From positions 468,035 to 532,034 of the forward strand of contig NC_068995.1 in NCBI RefSeq assembly GCF_001194135.2: a DNA stretch of 64,000 bases, read 5' to 3'. Below the pieces are notes generated by a model. The model ran no database searches, was not told where the DNA came from, and saw only the letters and a program-made list of their open reading frames with translations. This DNA comes from Octopus bimaculoides (lineage: Eukaryota). Shown one piece after another: positions 12,642 through 24,790 of this stretch. Both the position numbers and the translations under genes were made by a program. Positions within the stretch are counted from its first letter, which is position 1. Every line of letters starts with the position of its first letter.

Positions 12642-12760
12642 CAGTTTCTGAGAGTCAAATCTACTCACAAAGCATTGGTCGACCTGAGACTATATTAGGT
12701 GACACTTGACCAAGGTGCCGCGCAAAAGATCGGAACCAGAAACCGTGTTTCCGTATTAAC
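12642..12760 (-). mobile_element. tRNA-derived SINE family 2 fragment
   Basis: Reverse complement reads ggcaccttggtcaagtgtcacctaatatagtctcaggtcgaccaatgctttgtgagtagatttg. Linking it to the head at 57591 rests on my recollection of the family. Confidence 0.55.
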
Positions 12761-12910
12761 CGGAAACAAGAAAATGAGGAGCAGCGAAAAAAGAAATCTG
12801 TACTTCAAATAAATACGCACACACAAACACACACACGACATGAGTGTAAATACATATATACATATATATGCACACACATGCATACACTTAAATCTATGCA
12901 CACACGTGTT

Positions 12911-12946
<36 letters not shown>

Positions 12947-13060
12947 ATATATTTGTATGAATGTGTTAGGGGAATGTAGAATAAGAATAAAATAAATATA
13001 AAGAAAAGAGCAAATGAAACATTTAACATGTTTTCTATAATGAAAAAGAAACGAAAAGAA

Positions 13061-13340
13061 AAAAGATGGCGGAAACTGCGGGAAAATTAGACGGAAGTTG
13101 TTTATATGAAGAAGGCAGATAATAAAAAAAGAAAGTGAATACAAAAATAATAAACAATTAACTGATTAAATAAACGTAAATATATTAATTAGTTTGCAAT
13201 ATAAATTGACACTAATAGTACAGGAGGGAAAACGCGTGTTGAGGTAATGACTGAACACAATTGTAACGGATATTGGCCGGAAGTAAGCGTAGAATGGGTG
13301 ACATAAAGAGAAAACGGAAACGGAAAATGACGGAAGTAGT
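13061..13340 (+). promoter_or_regulatory. Cluster of ETS-type (CGGAAGT) and YY1-type (AAGATGGCGG) motifs; possible promoter
   Basis: AAGATGGCGG at 13063-13072, ACGGAAGT at 13091, CCGGAAGT at 13277, ACGGAAGT at about 13330, plus two CGGAAA. Confidence 0.25.
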
Positions 13341-14359
13341 TTGTAAAATAAAGAAAAAGTGATGATTTAAAGTATAAACATGGCGAGAAAAAGTAATAAA
13401 AAAGAATATTGAATAAAGAAATGTTTGAAAATACATAAAGAAAATTAAATCTAAATATATATATATATGCGCAGGCACAGATATGTGTATACATACATAC
13501 ATACATACATAAAAATACAAGAGGAAGAGGACATCCATGGACCATTAATAAAGAGTTTGCAAATCCAGGGCCCAATATAGACTGAGTTTCACACCTATTA
13601 TTATTGAAACAACAGGACACAGAGCAACCAGTCCGGAGCAAAATATGGCTGAACTTGGGATCTTGGGGAGAGAATACAAACCCTTAATTCGTATGCTACC
13701 ACGATCACGATAGTTTGGACTATAGAAATCTGAAAGACCTCAAGAGTTGAAGGATGATGGTTAAGACAACATACTTTCCTTCACAACCTTGCAACAAAGT
13801 ATATTAAAAAGTGAAAGAAGAACCTACATACATACATACATACATACATACATACATTGGATGCATGAGGTCAGACTTTCACTGATATTGTCGTAGCTTT
13901 AGTTCGTCCACAGGTCAGTTTTGATCCAGCAGACCTAATAATCAAAGCCCTTCCTGATCTGTTTATTTACTTATATTTTCCTTTTTATTCGACTCTCCTT
14001 TTTCTAATACAGCTGTGTGTAATTTGTGGGCTATTTCGCTCCTCTTTCTAGCAGTTCAAGTGGATCTCCCATCAATTCTATTGTTGCTTTCTAATAATCA
14101 TATTAGTACTCTGGGTGGATTAACTTCTTAGCTATGTAGAGTTCCGTATTTGAAAGTATATTTAATGCATATATTGTTGTAAAATACTACAATATATTAT
14201 AATATATTATAATATATTATAATACATTATAATATATTATAATACATTATAATATAACAAGATATTTCATATTATACTTCTTCTTGTTGAAAATGAAATT
14301 AATAATATTGAGGTTCTCTCACCAGATATTTGGCTAAGGATTCATAAGTTCTCGGTATA

Positions 14360-14672
14360 GAGTCGTCTTCGTCGTCTTCTTCGTCGTCGTCGTCTTCGTC
14401 GTCGTCTTCGTCGTCTTCTTCGTCGTCGTCGTCTTCGTCGTCATCATTAAGGCTGTCATAGTCATCGTCGTAATATTCGTCGACGTTTTCGTTACGGTCA
14501 TCCTTGTCATCGTCATCGTTTCGTCATCGCCGTCCTTGTACTCGACGTCGTTGTCATCGTCGTCATAATCGTCAATGTCGTTGTCACGCCTTCATCGTCA
14601 TCGCCGTCATCATCGTCGTCATCATCGCCGTCATCATCGCCGTCATCATCGCCGTCATCATCGCCGTCATCA
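14360..14672. repeat. CpG-rich higher-order trinucleotide repeat and 12-bp minisatellite (TCATCATCGCCG)n
   Basis: Repeated gtcttcgtcgtcttcttcgtcgtcgtc blocks at 14362-14440 and about five 12-mers at 14596-14670. Confidence 0.85.
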
Positions 14673-14744
14673 CTGTTAACATTTGTTGTCTTTGTCCATG
14701 TCGATGTTGTTTGTTTCATTATTTCTTCCTCATATTGTAAGAAC

Positions 14745-14900
14745 GCATGACCTAGGAGTTTGGGCCTCGGTCTCGCGATTATAAGGTCGTCGGTTCCGAG
14801 AGGGGCAAGGTGGGATGATGTCTCTGAATAAGGTAGTTCATTCTACGCAGTTCGTTGCTCCGGTCTGCTCAGCAAAGGCTGAGTACCAGCCATGTACTGG
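14745..14900 (+). mobile_element. Degenerate tRNA-derived SINE (third family), 5' part
   Basis: cgcatgacctagg...ataaggtcgtcggttcc has a decayed A/B-box-like layout, followed by gttgctccggtctgctcagc...gagtaccagc. Confidence 0.4.
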
Positions 14901-16530
14901 GGCCACTCCCTTTCTCTTTCAACCGTTGCATCCTTCATTTGCACCTGAGTCCGAGGTGGGAGAGTCCAGAGGACGTCTGCTTAGGACTGGAACGAAAAAC
15001 AATAAGTGAAAGCATGGTATATCTTACCAACCCACACTCGCTCGTGAGTGATGGCTATATTTTTGTTGTGCTTCATCCAAGGTAAACCCTATTTGAATGA
15101 CTCTACGACGATCACAGGCGTTCCAACCATGCCCTTCTCGTATTTTTATAGCTTTACAGGACTACATTATTTGGTATATCCTTTTCAAAGACTTTATTTT
15201 AGGAAGATTTAGCTGTTTTATCCATCAGATCGAGGGACCAAGTAGAATCTTCTTTGTTGACTTGTTACGTTTTTTGTAACAGAGTTGCTGTTGGCGGTGG
15301 TGGTGGCGGTGGTGGTGGCGGTATTGTTTCTTGTCATTGCTGCCGATGTTGTTGTTCACGTTGTTGTTGTTGTTGCTCTATTGTTTTGCTATTCATTTAT
15401 TTATTGCCATCGCTCCCACCGTTTGACCACAAAGTAATCGGAGTCACGACCAAACCGTGTCCATTCCTCTTCTGCCTCCCACTTACCCCGCCCCTTCTTC
15501 GCCGCCCTCTTTCTATATAACTNNNNNNNNNNNNNNNNNNNNNNNNNNNNNNNNNNNNNNNNNNNNNNNNNNNNNNNNNNNNNNNNNNNNNNNNNNNNNN
15601 NNNNNNNNNNNNNNNNNNNNNNNNNNNNNNNNNNNNNNNNNNNNNNNNNNNNNNNNNNNNNNNNNNNNNNNNNNNNNNNNNNNNNNNNNNNNNNNNNNNN
15701 NNNNNNNNNNNNNNNNNNNNNNNNNNNNNNNNNNNNNNNNNNNNNNNNNNNNNNNNNNNNNNNNNNNNNNNNNNNNNNNNNNNNNNNNNNNNNNNNNNNN
15801 NNNNNCACCACCACCGCCACCAACGGGGACACAACTACTAACAGCGCCACCACCACCACCCACTCCCAGCAACACAACTGGAACAACAATTACGTTCACC
15901 ACCACCACCACCACCATCATCACCACCACCATTAAAACCAACAGTAGCATCATCATCAGCAACACCATCACCATCACCACCGCCGCTCCAATATCAGCAC
16001 CATCACCATCACCACACCATTATCAACATCATCATCACCATCAGCACGAGACCAACACCAACAGCATCGTCGCCATTTTCCCTCTCCGTGATCACACCCC
16101 TATAGATCGAGTGTTCATCCTCCCTCCACTCACACCATTATTAAACACCAACCACTTCATCTGACGCCACCTCGTACACACATTACGCAGACACACACAT
16201 TCAACATACATCGCACACACACACATTTCACACACCACTTGACAATATATCACAGCTGTATCTAACTAGTTCCCCACCCCCATTACACACCAGTCAAACA
16301 TGACTACCAACAATATGACCAACACCATAGAACCAAGAACGACACCACACCAGGTCATTCATTTATAGCGACATAAGCACTCCACCACCACTACCACATC
16401 ACCACCACCATACTATATACTGTAACACGAAGACAACCACCACTACCACCAACGCCTCAAACCGCAACCATAACAGACGCAACTCTACCATCCTTTATCT
16501 GAATTAGCGTCTTTGCATGTGTATCTATCC

Positions 16531-16567
<37 letters not shown>

Positions 16568-17228
16568 CCTATCTATCCAAGTTGAGGGGTGGAACACGTA
16601 AAATGCACGCAACTTAACTGAAACCTTTGACATAATAGCTATACAACGAGTAATGGTCAACGTAACTAATCTAAATTCCGAGTGACGATGTGACTTTCAT
16701 TTCATTAAAGTAATCTCTGCCTGATGATTAGTTGTTTGGCGTAGTTCGTTGCGTAACTATTAAATCAAGAGCTTCAGTTAGCTAAGAAATATACGTAGAA
16801 AGCTCACCGTGAGGAAAATTCACCACGAGGAAAGTTTACCGGGAAAAATCTATTCATAATATCTCACTATTAATAGTTAAAATCTATTTTATTGAAAACA
16901 AAACAACAAAAACGGTGAATTGATGGCGGTGAACTTACTGGACATGATATATATANNNNNNNNNNNNNNNNNNNNNNNNNNNNNNNNNNNNNNNNNNNNN
17001 NNNNNNNNNNNNNNNNNNNNNNNNNNNNNNNNNNNNNNNNNNNNNNNNNNNNNNNCTATGTATGTATGTATTTATGTATGTATGTCTATCTATCTATCTA
17101 CTCGTCTATCTCCGAGTGTGAACGCGCATATATTTGCGCACGCGTGTGTTTATAGATAATACGTATGTGTGTGTATATATATGCGTGTAAATATACGCAC
17201 ACATATACATACATTTTCATGTGTATTA

Positions 17229-17287
<59 letters not shown>

Positions 17288-17315
17288 TAGATGTACATAA
17301 ATCAGTGTATACATG

Positions 17316-17353
<38 letters not shown>

Positions 17354-17529
17354 CAATCATATTTCTCTCTATATATACATGCCTGTATGTATATATATAT
17401 ACATATATGTATGTATATGTATATTTTATATGTATACACCTACATATGTGTACATTTACAAATAGCTGTATACGGAAATGTGTATATTTATTCAAATATG
17501 TATGCATACATTCATACACACACAAACAT

Positions 17530-17575
<46 letters not shown>

Positions 17576-18052
17576 TCATGCACACACATGCACGAGCATG
17601 AACACAAAGAGAAACATTTCATTTCTGCCCTCTTATCCCTTTCCTTTCTGACCGGATCACATTCCCCATTGTTGTTAAGGGGGTCCTATTAGGGGACTAC
17701 AGGTGCGACAGCCTTTCAAACCCTAAAGGACACACACAGTCCCCCCTTCTCTTTCAGTGTCTCCTTCACTCATTCTTTATACACATTTTCACCTCCTCCT
17801 CCCTTACTCATTCACTGACATACTCATTCAAATATTTACTCATTCAGTGAATCTTCTTCGCTTTCATTCATTCAATCCGTGAGACAATCACGTATTCAAA
17901 TATTTGCTCATTATCTTATTCATAATTCCTTCTTCGTTATTAAACTCATTCATCAATTCTTCTTGACCTTTGCTCATTCTTTCGCTCACTGACCAACTTT
18001 TATTTATTTATACCCTAACAGACTGAGCCGCACACGTGTGTGTGTATATATT

Positions 18053-18103
<51 letters not shown>

Positions 18104-18410
18104 NNNNNNNNNNNNNNNNNNNNNNNNNNNNNNNNNNNNNNNNNNNNNNNNNNNNNNNNNNNNNNNNNNNNNNNNNNNNNNNNNNNNNNNNNNNNNNNNN
18201 NNNNNNNNNNNNNNNNNNNNNNNNNNNNNNNNNNNNNNNNNNNNNNNNNNNNNNNNNNNNNNNNNNNNNNNNNNNNNNNNNNNNNNNNNNNNNNNNNNNN
18301 NNNNNNNNNNNNNNNNNNNNNNNNNNNNNNNNNNNNNNNNNNNNNNNNNNNNNNNNNNNNNNNNNNNNNNNNNNNAATATATGTTATCAGTATGCATACA
18401 TATATATATA

Positions 18411-18468
<58 letters not shown>

Positions 18469-18805
18469 ATGTATGTATGTATTTATGTATGTAAAGGCAT
18501 ATACAGATCTACAAACACAACCCATATACACAATCTGATACACATGCAGTGGTTTGATTAAACTTGTTCCAACCATTTGAATAAGTCTGGAGACAAATAA
18601 ATCTTCAAGTTTTAAATTCTATTTACAATAAACATCTCAGATTGAGTTCCATTCATCAATAAATGTAAAGACGAGCGCTCGCTCACGCACACACACACAC
18701 AAATATATAAATATATATCACTAAGTTTGAATAAGGTGTTAGGAAACATCTTCTCCTTACAAGAAAGCTGTAAGATTCTTGTGATGTGACTCTTCCACAA
18801 TTCTT

Positions 18806-18963
18806 TTCTTGCAGATGGAAGTGAATGAATATATCGAACATAGATTGGAAAAAATTCAGCGTGGGAACTTTGTCAAACCCAACCTCCAAGAAGTCGTGAA
18901 TTGGGTGAAGAATTCATGGAATAAAGTTCCCGACAGTTGCGTTGCCAAAGCACTACGAGCAGG
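18806..18963 (+). mobile_element. pogo/Tigger-like transposase C-terminal relic
   Basis: LQMEVNEYIEHRLEKIQRGNFVKPNLQEVVNWVKNSWNKVPDSCVAKALRAG has the KP..V..WV..SW..I pattern that ends pogo DDE_1 domains. Confidence 0.65.
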
Positions 18964-18964
18964 C

Positions 18965-19285
18965 CAGAGATATAGGAGTAAAGCTTTTAGCTTCTCTGCT
19001 TTCTCCTTCATAGATCGGGCATGTTATTCCCTCCTTCATGGATAGGGTATATTATTCTCTCCTTCAGTTTCATTTGGAGCTTACAACTTGGAAGGAAAAT
19101 CTGAAAAAGAAGTTGCTGTGGTTTTGCAAAAGCTCGTTTGCATAATTTGAAAAGGATTGTCAGGAATCCATCGGAACCAGCAGCTGAGATTCTATCTACT
19201 TCATCTATGGCTAGCATGACATATTCTTTGATGTGGATGTTGCCGGGGCCTCATTATCTGTTTTCTCCTTTTCAAGGGATTATTA
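18965..19285 (-). mobile_element. CR1-group LINE reverse-transcriptase N-terminal relic
   Basis: Minus strand gives VMLAIDEVDRISAAGSDGFLTILFKLCKRAFAKP..LFQ..KLKERIIYPIHEGG..EAKSFTPISL, matching the GPDG / PIHKGG / NYRPISL motif series. Contains a small internal tandem duplication. Confidence 0.75.
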
Positions 19286-19916
19286 AAAACTTCTCTCAAT
19301 CTCTATCCTTTCAGCTAAAACTTGTTACTCGTATATCTAAATAACAAATCCGGTTCTCTATATTCAGATTTCTTTATATATATAGGCGTATATATGAATA
19401 TCGGTTTGTGTACACACACCACACACACACATGCATGTGTATATATACAAGCTTGTATATATATATATTTCTTGCAAGATTCCTGATATGACAGATTCCT
19501 TGACATAACATTGCGACATAACACAGAATTTTGAAATCTTAAATTCAGGGATTAAACAAATGACAAGGGAACAAGAATTGCATAATCAACGTCATTGATT
19601 TACACTTGTTTCAGCACTAAGAAACAGTGTGCTCAGAGCTGAGTGCTTGTGCGTCACTTGACAGCTCCTTCGGAGCCATTAAAATGAAGTGTATCTTTAT
19701 TTGGCAAAGCATCGAATTAAAGAGAAATGCTTAGCTTCGAAGCCATAAACATGCATGAGAAATGCGATACAATTTGCGGGTGAGAAACCACAGTTCGAAA
19801 CACCCAGATTTGGAGAATCATTTGTTGAAACATGGACGCATAATGAGCATGCGCAAAACTGTTTAAGCGTAGAAATGCATAGAAATATATACGAGTTAAT
19901 AAAATACATTGAAAAG

Positions 19917-20128
19917 GACGAACCAGCAGCAGAATCGGTGACATTCCAAGCAAAAGGCTTTTCTGCATTTTGCCCGTCTTTACGTTCTGCATTCAAATTT
20001 CACCGAGGTTGACTGTGCGTTCCATCTCTCTCGGAGATCAAGAAAATAAGAACCGATTGAGCGCTGGTGTCGCTGTAATCGACTTACCCCCACCTCCAAA
20101 CCCGCTGGTCTTGTACCAAAATTGCAAA
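19917..20128 (+). mobile_element. SINE family 1, degenerate full-length copy
   Basis: gcagaatcgg...ttacgttctgcattcaaatttcaccgaggttgac...gtaatcgacttaccc aligns with the 46872 copy. Confidence 0.7.
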
Positions 20129-20916
20129 CCTCTGGGGTTTCGCAAAAAACAAAAAAAAGAGAGAAAGTAAAATATTATTGATAAATGAACATTATGGGTT
20201 TTTTGTGATCATGACCCTATATAATTTTTAATTCTATTTTAATTAGCTAAAGAGAAACCAGCAAGTTATTTGGTAAATTAATTAAACATAAATTTCTTAT
20301 ATTTGTCACTTAAGGGGTAAAAAAATCCATTAACTAACAATAACGTTACAGTAACAATACACGGGAAATAACTCACTCAAATACACTATATCAAAGGAAG
20401 AGTTATTTTCCTTGTAACGTGAGGTGAGAATGATGCATCAACTTGTAATGTAAAGATCAGCAATAATTCTGGAAAGATACGGCCACAAGTCGTTCCATCC
20501 ATGACCATCTCGTCTTATAGCATATTAAAGCCTGCGTTATCATTGAATATCTGACATTGTAACCTTTAAAACTTCCATGCCAACACTACACTTGATATCC
20601 CCCCCCCCCCNNNNNNNNNNNNNNNNNNNNNNNNNNNNNNNNNNNNNNNNNNNNNNNNNNNNNNNNNNNNNNNNNNNNNNNNNNNNNNNNNNNNNNNNNN
20701 NNNNNNNNNNNNNNNNNNNNNNNNNNNNNNNNNNNNNNNNNNNNNNNNNNNNNNNNNNNNNNNNNNNNNNNNCCTCGTGAAAAGCTCCTTCGCTTACTCG
20801 AAAGTATGCGGAGTGTCTGCCAATTAAGGTGATTTCAGATTTAGAATGACGGCGCCAATGGATCACGGAAGATGGTTAGACCGATATGACGAGTGGAGCA
20901 CAGGAGATGAAAAGAT

Positions 20917-20947
<31 letters not shown>

Positions 20948-20984
20948 ATGTATGTATGTATGTATGCATGCAAGTATGTGTGGT

Positions 20985-21678
20985 CATCGCATAAATAATG
21001 CGGTTGCTGAGTCTAATTGCACGAATGAACCTTTTTGGGACCGAATAGTGACTGGTGACGAGAAATGGGTTCTCTATAAAAATATCAAGGGCCGAAGACG
21101 GTGGGTAGAGAAACACCGGGACCCCAGGCTAAAGAAGGTCCTCACCCATGTAAGGTGTTTGTTAACTGGTTGGTGGGATGTTAAAGGTTTAGTCCACTTT
21201 GAACTTTTAAACCCAAACCAAACGAAAACAAAGGAGATCTACTGTGAGCAGCTTGAGTGGCTTAAGTTAGTGCTAGAAGAAAAGTGACCGTCTTTGGTTT
21301 CAAGACGAAAGGTGTTCTTCCATTAGGATAATGCTCGGCCACATACAGCGAGGATGACATTTCAAAGGCTGAAGCAGTTTGAATGGGAAACGATGTCTCA
21401 TCCACCATATTCGTTGGACATTGCCCCATCTGATTATCATTTATTCCGGAGTCTTCAAAATCATTTGGACAGGAAAAATATGAATTCTGTAGACGAGGTC
21501 AGAACAGTACTGGAGGAGTATTTTTCGTCAGGGTCAAGTGAATTTTGGAAGAGGAGCCTTGCAATTCTACCAGATAGATGGAAGAGCATTGTAGAAAATG
21601 AAGGGGAGGATATTTTAGATAAAAAAAAAAAAGACACTTTGTTAAAAAAAACCCACATTATTTATGGGGTGACCTAAT
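20985..21678 (+). mobile_element. Mariner (D,D34D) transposase pseudogene with 3' TIR, 5'-truncated
   Basis: DRIVTGDEKWVLY, WWDVKGLVHFELL, H*DNARPH, HPPYSLDIAPSDYHLFRSLQN with 34 residues between the 2nd and 3rd Asp. In-frame stops present. Ends cattatttatggggtgacctaat. Confidence 0.92.
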
Positions 21679-22094
21679 GGATGGATGGATGGATGGATAT
21701 GATTTTGTTATGTGGATTCATATAACATACATATATAGATACATGCATGTATGTGTACATACGTTCTTTCTTACATACATGTGTTATATGCGTACGTGTG
21801 TGTATGTATATATACATATGTATGTATTTGTATGTACTGACGAATATATCTATGTGGCTATATCTATCTCCACACATGCAGCATATTTATTCGTGTCCTA
21901 ATCAGTTTTATGGTGTACTCGTTGGTAACTATTTCTAAAAATACGAAACAGAAAATATAAAGAATCTTGTCAAAATAAACAACGAACAGGGGAAAATATA
22001 CAACATGTCTCTATGGGGAACATTACTTTAACACAAACGGAGAGGCGTGGGCAGTGAAGAACACACATGATCAAGTACTATGCATAACACACAC

Positions 22095-22125
<31 letters not shown>

Positions 22126-23379
22126 GATATGTGTGTGTATATACATACATTTGCATGCATACACATACATGTCTGTCTGTCTGTCTGTCAGTCTGTATGT
22201 AGGTCTCTTCTATTTTTTTATTATTATAAATCTTCCACTGAGGGAGGAGCCGGTTCCCAACAAAGATATAAGGCTCCATCTTTGAGGATTGCTCTGCATT
22301 TTACATTTGATGTAATGTTCACATTGCTTAATTAAATGGAATCGCATGAAACGATCGTACTGCATTAACTTTATATATCCTTGTTGCTTATTTTGACTAT
22401 ATATATATATATATATANNNNNNNNNNNNNNNNNNNNNNNNNNNNNNNNNNNNNNNNNNNNNNNNNNNNNNNNNNNNNNNNNNNNNNNNNNNNNNNNNNN
22501 NNNNNNNNNNNNNNNNNNNNNNNNNNNNNNNNNNNNNNNNNNNNNNNNNNNNNNNNNNNNNNNNNNNNNNNNNNNNNNNNNNNNNNNNNNNNNNNNNNNN
22601 NNNNNNNNNNNNNNNNNNNNNNNNNNNNNNNNNNNNNNNNNNNNNNNNNNNNNNNNNNNNNNNNNNNNNNNNNNNNNNNNNNNNNNNNNNNNNNNNNNNN
22701 NNNNNNNNNNNNNNNNNNNNNNNNNNNNNNNNNNNNNNNNNNNNNNNNNNNNNNNNNNNNNNNNNNNNNNNNNNNNNNNNNNNNNNNNNNNNNNNNNNNN
22801 NNNNNNNNNNNNNNNNNNNNNNNNNNNNNNNNNNNNNNNNNNNNNNNNNNNNNNNNNNNNNNNNNNNNNNNNNNNNNNNNNNNNNNNNNNNNNNNNNNNN
22901 NNNNNNNNNTGTGTGTGTGTGTGTGTGTGTGTGTGTTTATAATCCTTGTTCTATTTTCGGATTATTAGCAGGGTTGTTTATCAGAATTATTACTGGGTGT
23001 TAGAAACATATTTTGTGAAAAGTGTTGAAGGTTCAATGATGAGTCTGTTTGGGTCTCACTAATCAACCTTTTATTGTTATGTATTTTGCAGCTTGAAGTC
23101 ATGCTTTTGTGATTAGAATGCTGGGATCACTAGATCGTAAGCTGACATGTTCAATCCTTTGACCAGACGGCGCTTTGTGTCCTTGGAAATTACTCTCGAA
23201 CCAGTCGCAAGGCAACCTTTTCTCCGTCATCCTGGATGTTCTGCTGGGTAAATCTGTGATATCTTGAGGCTTATCATATCTCCGTATGACTATACTCGCC
23301 TCTAAAACAGTCGGCGAAAGACGCTGCAGACGTCGAAGTTATATTCAATACGAAGAGACAGCCATGACAATATTATCCC

Positions 23380-24150
23380 TGATATATCTTGTCAAAAGAA
23401 TCTTCGCTCATTTGATAATAGTAATGCATTGAATGAAAGCTGTTTGAAGGACAAGACATCATCTTCAACATCAAAAAGAAATGCGTATTAATAAAAATGA
23501 AAAGGAAAAAATAAAACATGATGTCTTAACTCACGTCTTAATTTGAATGTCATTTCTAACAATGTAAAGAATTTTCTATATTTACAAAACATTTCCTCTA
23601 CGGGCCATAGATAGGATAACTTCGACACAAACAACACAAAGTCGGTTATAGCACTACCGAAAATCTCGCTACTTGAATTGCCAAAGTCAGCAGAAGCATT
23701 CTTGTTAGCACAATTTCGAAACATGGTCAGCATCCGTGTAAGAACAATGACACAGGAAGATGTATCCTCAAAGATAGGTGCCTCCCCAAACAATTAGTTT
23801 ATCGTGCTAAAAATTGTCTTGAAGATGTCACATGAAACATGTTATATCGGAATAAGTGAGAGTATATTTAAAACATAAGTGCACACACTGCAACAGAATC
23901 ATTATTTTAAATAAATAGTAAAACATTATCCAACTTCATTGGCCGAAAATGTCTGAAGTCTTACGAATAATTATTAACGATTTCAAGATAGATAATTATT
24001 GAAAAGTTATTGGAAAGAAACGTCAATATACGGCATATCATAATACTGGAATACGCTTCATTAGTAATTTACAAGATGGTAGGCTAAAAACTTTACTCGT
24101 TCCAGTCCTAGTTAGTCGCATTCAAATTGTGTTCCATCGTTATAAGGCAT
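23380..24150 (+). mobile_element. Heavily decayed Penelope-like element (RT C-terminus and GIY-YIG endonuclease)
   Basis: Across frameshifts: KHF, FDTNNTKVGYSTTENLAT, RCLPKQLVYRA, CYIGISESIFKT, PTSLAENV*SL. This follows the PLE order KHFP / N.KVSYSC / CL..VVY.A / YIG.TE..FK.R / T.LS.YIW. Confidence 0.58.
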
Positions 24151-24714
24151 TTTTAATGATTTTCAAATTTCTTTTTCTATTCGTTCCTGAATATTATTTG
24201 CTGGGTGGATAAATAGAAATGGGAATCTTGAAGAAGCAGCTCTTCAAAGATTTCACTTCAAATGATTTGAAAATGTCTTGGGTTTATCTGTTCCATTACT
24301 TTCTAAGTTCAAATTCCACCTAGGTGTTGATGACCACGGTTAAGCACTCGACACCCGGAACACAGTTACACGTATTTGACCAGAATGGACAGAGAGTCCT
24401 AGAACCAGCAGGTTAGACATCATTCAGTAATGGATCAAACATGGACAGAAATCGTAAAAGGTTTTGCGATCGGTCGGGGGTTCTTATTTACAGAATTGCG
24501 AACTTTATAGTGTTGGGCACGGTGGGAGCATATCAAAGTTAAAAAAGAAAAGAATCGAGAGAAAGTATGAATGTATGTATGTAATGAATGTATGTATGTA
24601 TATAAGTATGCATGCACAATTGCATATGTCTTTATGGACATATGTACTAATAAACATACATACACACATTTATATATATACACACACAGCATTGTTGCAA
24701 TGAAAATAAAACTT

Positions 24715-24745
<31 letters not shown>

Positions 24746-24752
24746 GTATATT

Positions 24753-24790
<38 letters not shown>

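Noticed and set aside
14504-14740. Asp/Gly-rich and Arg/His/Cys-rich ORFs
   Set aside because: By-products of the 12-bp minisatellite.
19600-19915. Possible hAT/Charlie-like transposase start (HPDLENHLLKH)
   Set aside because: Resemblance is too weak, and the 85-aa ORF there runs into a SINE.
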